From the human T2T-CHM13v2.0 reference genome, Homo sapiens: 64,000 nucleotides of DNA. A program made the translations under genes and the position numbers. The notes beneath the pieces are model-generated. The model ran no database searches. It had not been told where the DNA came from and worked only from the letters and a program-made list of their open reading frames with translations. Each line of letters starts with the position of its first letter. Within the stretch, counting starts at the first letter, position 1. The DNA is taken from assembly GCF_009914755.1 (NCBI RefSeq), contig NC_060927.1. One strand, given 5' to 3'. This document shows, in pieces, positions 27,173 through 39,400 of the stretch.

Positions 27173-28225
27173 AATAATAAAGTAGCTTTTGTATATATTA
27201 ATAACAAACTATCTGAAAATAAATTTAGAAGACAATTCCATATATGCTAACATTTTAAAAACCACATAGAAATAAATTTAACCAAGGAAGAGAAAAACCT
27301 ATACAGTGAATACCATAAAACATTAGTGAAAGATATTGAAGGATACAAATAAATCAAAAGATATCCCATGATTATTGATTAGAAGAGTTAATATTTGTTA
27401 AAAAGTTTATACTAACCAAGGCAATCTACAGATTTAAGGCCATCCCTGTCAAAATTCCAATGATATTTTTCACAGAAATAAAAAAATCCCTAGAATTCAT
27501 ATGGAACCACAAAAGACCCCAAATATTCAAAGTAATCTTGAGAAAAAAGATCAGAGTTGAAAGCACCTCAAAAGCTGACTTCAGATTATACTCTGAGGCT
27601 ATGGTAGTTATGGTACTGCTATAAAGACAGAAATATAGACCAATAAAACAGAATAGAACACCCAGACGTAAGTCCATGCACTTATGGTCAATTGATTTTC
27701 AACAAATTTATTTCCACATGGTGGATACTGTACAGCCTTAAAAAGGAAGAAAAGATCCTATCATTTGTGACAACATAGGTTAGCCTGGAGGATATAATGC
27801 TGAATGAAATGGGCTAATCACAGAAATACCAATACTGTACCATCTCACCTATATGTGGAATCTAAAAATGTTGAACTCGTTGAAGCAGAAAGTAGCATGT
27901 AAAGGCTAGGGAATGGCGGAAGGTGGCTGCAGTGCACATCGGGTAGATGTTGGTCAAATAATTTTTTTCATTTAGATAGGAAAAATAAGTTAAAGAGATC
28001 TATTGTACAACATAGTCATTACGGTAATTAACAAAGTATTGTATTTTTGAGAATTACTAAGAGTAAATTTAAGTGTTCTTCTCCAAAAAAGGTAAGTATG
28101 TGAGGTAATATAAATGCTAATAATTTTGGTTTAGCTATTCCACAACGTGTATATTATCTGAAAACATCATGACACACATAACAAACATGCACACTTTTTA
28201 CTTGCCAACTGAAAGAATCAATTAA
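27173..28225 (+). mobile_element. Old L1MA-like ORF2 fragment and 3' UTR
   Basis: ORF2 text (gcaatctacagatttaaggccatccctgtcaaaattccaatg), then L1MA-type 3' UTR (ttagataggaaaaataagtt...gagatctattgtacaacat...gtaagtatgtgaggtaat). Confidence 0.8.
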
Positions 28226-29153
28226 TTTTAACAATGAAACTAAGAAAATCCCTTTTGATACATGAAAATTGTATCTGAATTATATGGTTATTCAGACTTA
28301 ATGAAGATACTCAGTTTTTATTACACATGAAGATCTCAATAGATGGAGTTCTCTTCAGCCCGGCTTAAAAGAACAGTTACAATAAAATTCATTGTAAAAT
28401 GTACTATTTCTTTCCCTTTCCTTAATATTGCTTTATAACCTCACTTTAGGAGAAAATATTATTTCCACTTTATAGATAAGGCATGGAATTTGTGATAGTT
28501 TCATATAAAGAAGACAACATGGATACCTTTATACTGTGGTACTGTATCTTTGTCAGTATCCTCATATGTGCAAGCAAGTAAGCTTAGTTAGTGTTGCTCA
28601 TGAGAATTATCTACCTTTGTTAAATAATGAAGTTCCTGCTCCTACTTTTCCTGAAATATGCTACTTTGAGTTGCATGTATAAGAAGAAGCTTCAATTTTC
28701 AAATCAACCCTAGCAATTCAGAGCATCTACCTTTTGGGACTTTTGGTGTAAATTGTTCTGAAATCACGCCTCTCTCCAACAGTGAATTTCATGTGTACCA
28801 CATAGCCTTATGTATATCTTGTCACTCAATCTTTACAAATTGGTTGGGGGAAAAAATCCAATTTTAATTTTGCAATATAGTTGCAGAAAATAGAAAAATG
28901 TATTTTTTAATAGTCTTAGGTGTCATTTTGATGGCATTACACTAGTGGACTGAACATAAATAGTCTCTCACAATTAATAGATATGTACCTTTGCTAAAAT
29001 AATAAAAGTAAATTAGTATTTACTATTGGTAGAATTTTGGAATAGTCTGACACCTTCATTTGATTTATTAGAAAAAGTTTGAGTAACTGATTTGTATAGC
29101 TAATTATAGTCCCATCTAAGAACTGTAAATATATATTTATTTGATTATTTTTA

Positions 29154-29473
<320 letters not shown>

Positions 29474-29849
29474 GCACTCTGAGATTCAAACCTTTATCTT
29501 AAATTATGTTTAGTCAAATGTCATGCATGTGCATCCCAGCCTGTGTCTGAACTGAATGAACATACATAATATTGTTTTTCACAGCCATGGAAAATCTAAA
29601 AGCCACTATGATTTATTTCACATGAGCTCTAGTTTTGGCATTCAATATACCTTCTCTTTGAATCTTGAATTTACTAATTTTTGATAATATACATTACAGA
29701 GGTTAAATAAATTTGCCTTTTCATCTGGAAAATGTAATACAACTTCTCATTTATATAATCGAAATGTTAATATGAGGGTATGCTTTCTCAGAGTAGCATA
29801 CATTGATTTTTTATAGCAGTTATAATTTTATATTTATTTATGATGTTTA

Positions 29850-29980
29850 TATTTCTCCATAAGCTGTGAGTGCCACAGAAATCTTCTGTCTTTGTTCTCA
29901 TCATTATTCTTATTTACTGTCTTATGCAGGCATAACACATAGTAGGCCCTCAAAATTTATTAAATCAATAAAATGTATTG
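29850..29980 (+). mobile_element. L2 3' end fragment
   Basis: ctgtctttgttctc...acacatagtaggccctcaaaatttattaaatcaataaaatg. Confidence 0.6.
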
Positions 29981-32622
29981 AATCAAAAAAAACATGCAAA
30001 TGGCTTAGTGCAGTATCTGACACGATTTATATTACTTTTTATTAAAGCTATTTATTCACTGTAAAATACTTCGTAGCCAACAGTATTTTAGAATTTAGCC
30101 TTTTAGATTATATATGACAGTACTTACACTATGAGAACAAATTTATCTTAATCTTAATATTTCAACTAATTTAAAGTGAATGATGAAATAAAAATGTGAT
30201 TCATCTAAAAGCTGATTTACTAGATTTTAGCTTGAGTCCCGAAACAGATTCATTTCCTCTCTAGTTGAATTACAGTTATTTTTAAAAGGGTGTTACCAAC
30301 AAGATACTGAGAGACCATTAGCCATAGCGATGCTAGAAGTCTAAACAATAACTATTGAGATCAGTTGAATGTCATATGCTCTTTTTGATATGGCAATCTA
30401 AAGTTACTGCAAACATAGTGATAAATAATTATATCTCCTCAGATTATAAACTCATATTCTATACCGAGAACTGAAAGCAAATCTGATATTTTATAGCAAA
30501 ATGCCAAGTGGAATTTGTTGTTTTGTAAGTGTTGCCTGGAATGAGGTACTTGAAACAGGATAAAGATAAAAGGGCAATGCCAAAAAGATGATTTATTTCC
30601 CAATTGTTCATTCCTTTCCAATAGGCAAACAACAAAGCTGCACACTGAGAGAATTTACTATATATGACACAAGAAAGGAAACTTGTATTTCATCGTAATC
30701 TATTTTCTTTCTTAATAACAACAACTTATTTAAGAATTTAAGCAAATTTTGAAATTTTTAATGTCTGGTCATTCCACGTATCTCTGGAGCTTAGCATTAT
30801 GCCTAGCACACGGGACATAAAGAACAAATATCCATGGAAGGACTACATTTCAAATGCATTTTATCAAAAAGTAAGTAGTCTGACAAATCATAAATTATGC
30901 AAATATTGCTTAACAAACTCCTAATGTATAGTATTACATGCCCTTCAGTGCTCTTATTTGATTAAAATTAATATTAAGTAGTGTTCCTATAGCAGTAATA
31001 TGAAACTAATGTCATCAATTGAAATCAATATCTTATTTGGACATGATAGAAGTCTGTTCCTTTTTAAGAGAAAGAAATTCCATATTCAGATTCCTTTGAA
31101 TCTGATCTGCCTAGATAATTCTTATTTTATGAAGAAATTACAAACTCTAGCAACTTGCTGTTATCACTCAGATAGTTGATGGCAGAACTCAATATCCAAG
31201 TTTCTCTACTTCTAATTGTTTTCAGTACAAAACAAAGATACTACTAATTAGCAACCTGACTCAAGTTGCTTTATCAAGACAAATTATTTACTTTAAGTGA
31301 GGTGTTCTGTTTTAAATAAATCCACAGTTACCAATGAGATATAAAAATATACCAATGGGATATTGAAATTTGTTTTTAAAATTAATAGTAATATTAATAT
31401 GCTCTTCTGACAAAAATGTTTTCTATTGATAGAAATTTACGGAAATTATCAAATGATTTTATGTCAGAATACAACCACAAATTTGATTTAATTAATTATA
31501 TAATTTTCCTTCCTACTTAAACTAATGGATATATAATCTGTTAGTCAAATAACTCAAATAAATATATGAAGATAAACATTTGAATCACTTCTTTTTCTTC
31601 TTAATATGCATTGGGGTATCACAACTGTAATACTTTTGGATTTTTACTCAATTATTAATTATTGAACTTTGGGTTTCTTAAGCATTTTTAAAATGATAGT
31701 TGAATTTAAACAAAGCACAGGACAAGTTTAAGAAAATATTAAATCAAAGTTGTAATTCCAAAGCTTTCCCATTTCAATTTCCTTCCATATGTTTTTATCA
31801 TATGAAGTTGTTTTCTCTTTATCTGTTTGTTGTGTTAATTTTCTCTTCCCACTGGACAACCAAATGTCAAAATCACTGATTTATTAATTTCACTTAAAAT
31901 TACAGCTTAGATGAATTTTCTAGGCATATGGTGGTTCTCTCATCGTATATTCATTTTGTTCAGGATGTTCTCCCTTTGAACTTAAAAGCTGGCCAAGTTA
32001 TAATGAAGTGTTTGGAGAGTAATAAATTGAAAATACAATCAGAGACACTTTTTCTGTTCCAGTTGTCTCACTAGTGCTATTATTTTGCCCAGTGCTACTG
32101 AGTTCAGGGAAATCATGAGATACAACAATGTATTTTTACTTTTAACTAGAGGTACTTGTTTACAGTGATAAATATCTGCCTACAATGTTGACTTCTATTT
32201 TTAAGAAATATTACCAAATTAGCCTGGGGTCTGGTCCCATCACCCCCTTAACCCTCCTTTTATTTCCACCTTTCTGCTCAATTTCACAGTATAATGGTAA
32301 TGCCTTCCTGTTCTTTACATCAGAGGGGACTTAAAGATAGAAGCAGCTACTGCAGACTATTAATATATTTGTAAAACAATGAAAAAGAGACTTCATTATT
32401 TTCTAACAAACTATATTTAACTGTTTATTAGGAAGGGCAATACTTGATAATTACTTGTGCTTTTCATGTTTTTTAAAAAATAGCTTGTTGAATTTGTTGG
32501 ATGTGCTGTTTGTGTTGTGGCCTAGGGAGATATCTCCCATGAATAATACTAAAAAGCAGCTTGGATGATATAGCTTAGAAATTCATCTGGTAAATGTAAT
32601 GATAAAACTCACATACAATATA

Positions 32623-33676
32623 CAGTTGACCTTTGAACAACATGGGTTTGAATTGTGCAGGTCCATTTATATGAGAATTTCTTTCAGTAAATACATTGGA
32701 AATTTTTTCGGAGATTTGCAATAACTTGAAAAAAACAGCTGAACTATGTAACCTAGAAATTAAAAAATTGTAAAGGTATGTCATGAATATATACAAATAT
32801 GTAGATACTAGTTTATCATTTACTTCTGTAAAATGTACACATATTACTATAGAAAGTTAAAATTTGTCAAAATTTACATATACTTAGACTCTACATGGCA
32901 TCATTTGAAGTCAAAAGCGATAAGAACAAATGTAAAAATGCACTATTAAATTATAACTGCATGAAATTAACTGTCATATATACTGTACTACTATAATAAT
33001 TTTGTAGTCACCTCCTGTTGCTATTGCAGTGAGTTCAAGTGTTTTGAGTATCCACTTAAAACACCATGTGACAATAAGCATCACATGAGCAGTCATCGCC
33101 AACAAATGTAGTAAAAAGTAATCTCTTGCACAAAACCCATATTTTTCATTGTGTTTAGTGCAATCCCAAAACTCTTGAAAAACACCAATGGAACTCATAC
33201 AAAGTGCCACTAGTGGTGCTGGAAATGCTCCCAGAAAGCAGAGAAAAGTCATGGCAATATAACAAAAGTTGAATGGCTTGATAGATACCATAGATTGAAG
33301 TCTGCAGATGCCGTTGCCTGCTATTTCAAACTGATGATTCATCTTGAAAACAAATTATATAAACTTACTGTATTGATAAATACAGTACAGCAGTGTAAAT
33401 GTATTTTCTCTTCCTTATGATTTTCTTCATAACATTTTATTTGCTTTAGCTGACTTTAAGAATACAGCATATAATACATATAACACAAATATGTGTTTAT
33501 TACCTGGTTATGTTATTGGTAAAGCTTTCTGATAACAGTAGTCTGTAACTAGTTAAGTTTTACTCCCCCAAATACCAATTTTTGGGGGAGTAAAAAGTTA
33601 CATGCAGTTTTTTGACTTCAAGGATGTGGGAGGAGGCTCTGTGCCCCTAACCTCTGCATTGTTTAAGTGTCAACTG
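32623..33676 (+). mobile_element. Tigger2b-like non-autonomous DNA transposon
   Basis: TIRs cagttgacctttgaacaa and ttgtttaagtgtcaactg, flanked by TA at 32621-32622 and 33677-33678; 1054 bp. Confidence 0.9.
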
Positions 33677-34725
33677 TAAGTCAATTCAGTACATGGCTAA
33701 TGAGGGTTGGACTCCTTGTTTCCTATTGGGTTCCTTCTTTAGTTAACCTAAGCGCCTTTGCCTCAAACTCTAGCATTTTATCCTAAGTTAATTTATTTTA
33801 TAACTAGTTATTCCTTTATAATTAAAGAGAGGACGTCAGTCCTTCCTCAGTGCTTGTTGATTTTTTTTTCTCATTGTGTCTTTTCTATCCAAAATATGTA
33901 TTGTTCACATTCTTAAATATCATGCTAACTCATATTGTTAGCTCTAAAACATGTATGCATTTGCTGAGAGCTGAATTATATTAACATTTGGTTTCCTCTT
34001 ACGAATGACATAAAACATTTTTACTGCTGCTTTTGAAGTTGTACTACTCCTTTTTCTGCAACATATTTGGAGAAGATATTACATATTGCAAGATTCATGG
34101 CCTTCATTATCTCTCTAGTGTTATGTTTTGCATTGAACAATACTTTTTTCTGTTATATTGATCATTTCAAGAGAGGCCAAAGATGTTCTGGGAACTTCGA
34201 AGTGACTGGAAATCCTTAGGTACATAGCTATAACATCAAAACTTATTTCAGACTTATAGAATGTGGGGCGGTGGGGGAGGAGGAGTATCCTGAGAGCACT
34301 TGGCCACAGTCACCCTGACCAGCCTGCCCTACAGTTTGTTCTTTCCAGGCGTTGTTATCATCACTGGAAGGCTTTCCTCACCCTCCTCATTGGGGAGCAG
34401 CCCTCTAGTCTGTTTTCAGTAAAGAGAGAGCTTCTCTTTATCCTTGCTAGAGAAACCTCTTAGCTTTTTAATCAGAGAATAACTTTTGTTGTGGCAATTG
34501 TTAGACTGCCATTTCAAAATAACCAAAACTACATTTTCTCTTTCCGTTCTCTCTGTTTTTAATGAAATCCTTTAAATTAAATAAACAGTTTTGTAAGTGT
34601 ATGCTACCTGCTGAGAAAAGCTCAGAAACACCCATAACAACTCTTTTGATCACTGAGTAATTATTTAGCTTCCTGTCATCCCTGCCACCAAAACATATAC
34701 TATATGTATTACTCATGCATGCAGG

Positions 34726-34726
<1 letters not shown>

Positions 34727-34766
<40 letters not shown>
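34727..34766. repeat. (AC)20 microsatellite
   Basis: Uninterrupted AC run read directly. Confidence 0.97.
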
Positions 34767-34768
<2 letters not shown>

Positions 34769-35779
34769 AGTTTCTCTCCTACAGTTATTATTTTTTTTGG
34801 GTTAGGAGAAAAACCACTAATGGAATGAATTAAGCTCTAAATAATCTCTCTCTCTCTCTGTCTGTCAGTAACTACCATCACGTTAAATGTTACACAATCA
34901 TAATTTAAAGAGATCTTAAGTAATTTATTCAAGACCCTATAAACTAATAAGTGTTAGAGTCCAAATCTGAACTCAGATCTCTCAGTTGCTAAGGTCCATG
35001 GTGATTTTACCACAGCACTAAAACTTTGTACTGTAGGAGAGGTCAGTAGGTTGATGACCATCAGATTCCCTAAAACTGAAACTCCAGCAGTGTTTTACAG
35101 TCCACAAAGTGTCGTCATCGATCTGCTCTCATCTGGGTCTCTCAATAGCAGTAGGGGATATAAATTATTTTTTTACTTTAAACAAAAGGGAAACTGTGGC
35201 TCATAGGGTTATGGGCTGAGAGAGAGAAATCCCAGATTCAGTCAGAGGATTTGGAAGTGATATACCAAATGTCCTTGCATTTCTGTAAAAGCAATAACAA
35301 CTGAGGGATTTATTTTTGAGAAACTCTGTTATCACAGAATGTGTTAATGAAGAGATGACAGGACAAGAGGCTCTAGGTTATGACCATGAGGTGTTTGTCT
35401 TATCTGCATTGGATTTATTTATTTTGTGCCTTCAACCCATGGTGGCAGGACTAAACTGCGAACAACCCGTGAACAACATAGAGGATGAATTTGTTTTGTC
35501 CTCCTCATTCATCACTTTCATTTTTCAATGCTTTCTTCATAAATCCTTCTATACTGTGAGTGTAAAGGAGGCCCTCTTGTTTCTACTGTGCTAAGAGCAC
35601 ACTCTATTCACCTGCCTTGTGATTAAATCTATTTTTCTATCCCAATCCCACTCTACATTCCTTATGTAATAAACTTGCCCATTGTGACAAATGTCATTAG
35701 ATAGCCAGCTTCATAACAGACTTACACATTTGAAAGTAATTTCCCAAGAAAAAGCCTTATTCAAAATGACAATATGATA

Positions 35780-35990
35780 GTTATAATCATTATAACTAAC
35801 ATTTCACTTATCACGAGGCACTTGTGATATTAGGCACTATGGTAAACATTGTCTTATTTTATCTTCAAAAAAATCTCCTTGAATTAGGTGTGATTTCCAT
35901 GTAGCCTTTTTATACATGAATACTCTGATGTTAAAGAAGTTAGGGTTGCCTAAAGCCATTTGGAAAGTGGCGAAGAGAGTGTTAAAAGAG
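35780..35990 (-). mobile_element. MIR SINE fragment
   Basis: taactaacatttcac...taggcactatggtaaacatt...tttatacatgaatactctgatgttaaagaagttagggttgcctaaag. Confidence 0.6.
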
Positions 35991-35996
35991 TGATCT

Positions 35997-36114
35997 ATTG
36001 AAATACCGTCTTGTCATATAATATCTGCCACAAGAGCATAGAGCAGAAGTTCAAATATAGACTTCTGCTCTATATTCTTGTGGCAGACATTATATGATGA
36101 GATAGTACTTCAAT
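35997..36114. repeat. Long inverted repeat: 54-bp arms, 10-nt loop
   Basis: Arms 35997-36050 and 36061-36114 are complementary at 46 of 54 positions with no gaps. Confidence 0.95.
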
Positions 36115-38759
36115 CATCTCATGTAAGCCCATTACAGCTTTGTAGGGTCAACTCTAATTCATGTTAATTTCATGGAACTCTAATGTTGGTTTCTACTCCT
36201 TTTCTTCAAACTGCAAACATTATTTACATTTGCTACTGAGTACATGTGTGTAAGGTATACAGCCAGCACAGAAACAATTACATCATCAAGTGTCAGCACA
36301 CACATGGTACAGGGCTAAAGCAATACATGTAACCAGAGGTTGCAACAGTATTCACCAACTGGAGTTGTAAATAACCCTGAATCTCAAAGAGAGAAAATGA
36401 TTACCCTATAAAGGCAATCTGGCCTGCACCATGCTCTTCAACCAGAATAACTGTATTCTGTGTCTGCAAGTGTTTATCTTTCATTCATAAACATGCTCCA
36501 GCTTGCACAATCAACTAACCCATGAAAATTATAGAAATAAGAGTAAGCTAAATTGCCACAAAGAATCAATGCAAGGCTTGAACTTCTGGTTCTGGAGGCA
36601 TTAATGAATGATTTCTGCCTTGCTAGTCTTCTGCTGGCAGAGTTAAAAAGCAAATGAACAAATCATGCTGCATGTCAGAGAGATTACATAAGCATAGCCA
36701 TTTGAAAGCTGTATGTCTCTGTACAACATCCCCTAACAAGACATTCAGCATCAACAAACTCTACTGCAAAGCCCGTTGACATCTGTGATCTTTGGAAGCT
36801 GGCTGCTCTATGACAACAGATAGAAGCTACTTTTCTCTTAACATTTTTAGGCAGTGTCTTTTTGAGACACTCTCTGCCCCTTCCCTGCCCTAAATTATTC
36901 CAGATATCAGCCAAGTGCCAGGAACAGCCGGTTTTGGATTCACTGCCCAGACCCTTGGAAAAACACACTCATTTCAGACTGTCACTGAAACTGCATTATC
37001 TGAACTACAGACCAGTAGGTTACTCACTGCTTCATCACACTTTGTTCATTTTTTCCGTGGACCCATCAGCCCATCAAACCTTGTTTTTCTGGTTCTGACA
37101 ATCAATCTATGGCCAGAAGATAAATATGCACTGGAATGCTGCTTTTTTAGGGGAAAAAATCCCAGCCCTAATAGACTAGCTGTTTCTCACCCTTGAGGTC
37201 TAGCTATGCCACATTTAAAATGGTTTCTGTTGATGCCGCCATTCTTCCGATTTAGGCAAGTAGTTTCTGTTGCACCATGGCTTACAAAGGTTTCTGGGTG
37301 CAGTGCACTCTTCTAAAATTTATTGATATAGCCTGGTGTCAAATGAAAAGCTAAGCTCAGCCACTGTGACCCTTGGAACAAGCCTGTATTGCAAATAGCC
37401 ACAAAACTTCAAGCCAGGATTTGGCTTGACAACCTGCTGACACTTCTCAGATGCAGAATATCTGTCAGGCTCGTCTTTGCTGGGTCTGAGTAAATAGTGG
37501 AAAATAAAGGAGACTTGTCACTTGATTTTTCAGGCGTTTAACTCTTCAGTATATTTGTAGATTATTACTTTTGTTGTGTTCACTCCTTCCTTGTTCAGTA
37601 TTTCAGCCTGAAAGCATTCAAAAAATATTTCAAGCTAAAGAATAAAGTAACCAGACATGCTTTACAGTAAAAAAAAAAAAGAAAGAAAAAGTGACTATAA
37701 GATTTCTAATTTTGACTATAACACAAAGTAAAAATAATAAATTGTCAAAAGCTTAGAAATAAGAGTGAAAAATCAAATTGCATGTTTTTAGCAGATTTAT
37801 TTCACATTCCAGAGTTGTGCTTCAAAATGCATTTTGCAATTCAGAAAAAAACTATATTTTGATCCAGTTCACTTGTCTAAATAAGAAGGACATTAGACAG
37901 CAATGAACAGCAATTTTGTAAATTCTGGTGTCTTAAGTAGTGCAATATACTCTGGTCTATATAGGATGCTATTTACCCAATACATGACCCCATCTGTGAC
38001 AGAAGAGTCTCTCCTTAAATTTTTTACATGTGTAAGGCAATCATTTGCCATAACTCTAGTGAGCATTGGAAGAAAAGTTTATTTTAAAATGTCAAAAGCC
38101 AAAATGAAAACAAAACAAAGCAAAAATGGGAGACAGGCTTTTTACTTTCTCTGAATTTAGAGCATATTAAAAATAACAAAAAATATGGGCATGATATCTT
38201 GTAATGAGTATTGACTCATTTTATGGTGTATGTGTGTTTGCCCATATGTATGTGAGTTCACACACACACACGTTTGTGTGTGCACATGTTTTTGCATCCT
38301 CTTATTTAAGCTTAAAGTTTTCCAAGCACTACCATCTGCTTTTCATGCATTTTGGAATAGCACTATGCTGGACAATATTTCAACACTTGACAAGAATCAG
38401 AAAACCTGAATTTTTTTTCCTGTTCCTGCTACTTAATATTCTTTTGATCTTGGTTATATCTTTACATTCATTTTAAGCAAGTAAGTTTCATTCATTTTTA
38501 TTGACATACTGTAAATAATTATTTCCTCTCCTCATCTCTCTCCCCTAGGATTCAAATTTAGAGTATGATATGATCTTTCTTAGCATTTAAATTTATGCTG
38601 TGAAATATGCTTATATCATTACTCAGTTGGACAGCTGTAAGAGACATTCCTTGCCTTTTATCATAAGTGAGGATATCAGTAAACATATCCTGCTTGCCAC
38701 ATTCTTTCTCCCTTGCATTCAAATTTGTTTCTAGTTGTATTGTGTTTACATTTCCATTC

Positions 38760-39400
38760 CATACTATACCTGCATCCTGTTCTGTTACACTGCCCTGGAC
38801 TCAGTTTATGTACCTTTCTGGATTTGTGAACTTGTTTGCTTTCGGGCTATAATAGCCCTAGCAAGAACGTTTAACATATATAAAGTTAGGTTGTTGTTCA
38901 GCTGAAAAACCCAAGAGTATTGCTACGGTGGTTGTTCTTAGGCCCTCTCAGTCATATGAGAGGAAAATACCCAGAAAAATCCCTAAAGATATGTAGCTTG
39001 TGCCTGTTCCATTTGCCTCTCACCTTGAGTTTTTGGGTTTCACAGATGCTGCTGAGGCATGAGAACAGCAGGGAGTGCTTGTTACCCCTGCTACCAGGCA
39101 GGCCCACAAGCCTGCAGGTGGTGTGGGCAAATAGGGAGTTCACTAATCTCTACAGGCCAGGGATGCCATCACTGTTATTTTGGGCACTGGCTTCCATAGC
39201 AGCTGTTAGGGTTGCCTCATGATGCAATTCAGATGCTTAAAGGAGTTGAAGCCCTACAGGGCAAACTTTGGCTAATGGGATACAGAAACCTACAGATCAA
39301 TTTCTGTCTCTAATTTCAGGACAAGTAGTTCAGGGATCGGATGCCTTCATAAGGCCTCTAGGAAGGTGTCCTTCAAGAAAAGCTGTAAGGAATGCTTCAT
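38760..39400 (+). mobile_element. LTR16-like ancient ERVL LTR remnant; boundaries approximate
   Basis: ggagttgaagccctacagggcaaactttggctaatgggatacag resembles the LTR16 core. Confidence 0.5.

Noticed and set aside
31086-31105. Palindrome tcagattc-cttt-gaatctga
   Set aside because: 8-bp arms are expected by chance in AT-rich DNA.
38225-38290. (CA)n/(TG)n fold-back
   Set aside because: Low-complexity purine-pyrimidine repeat; complementarity is trivial.
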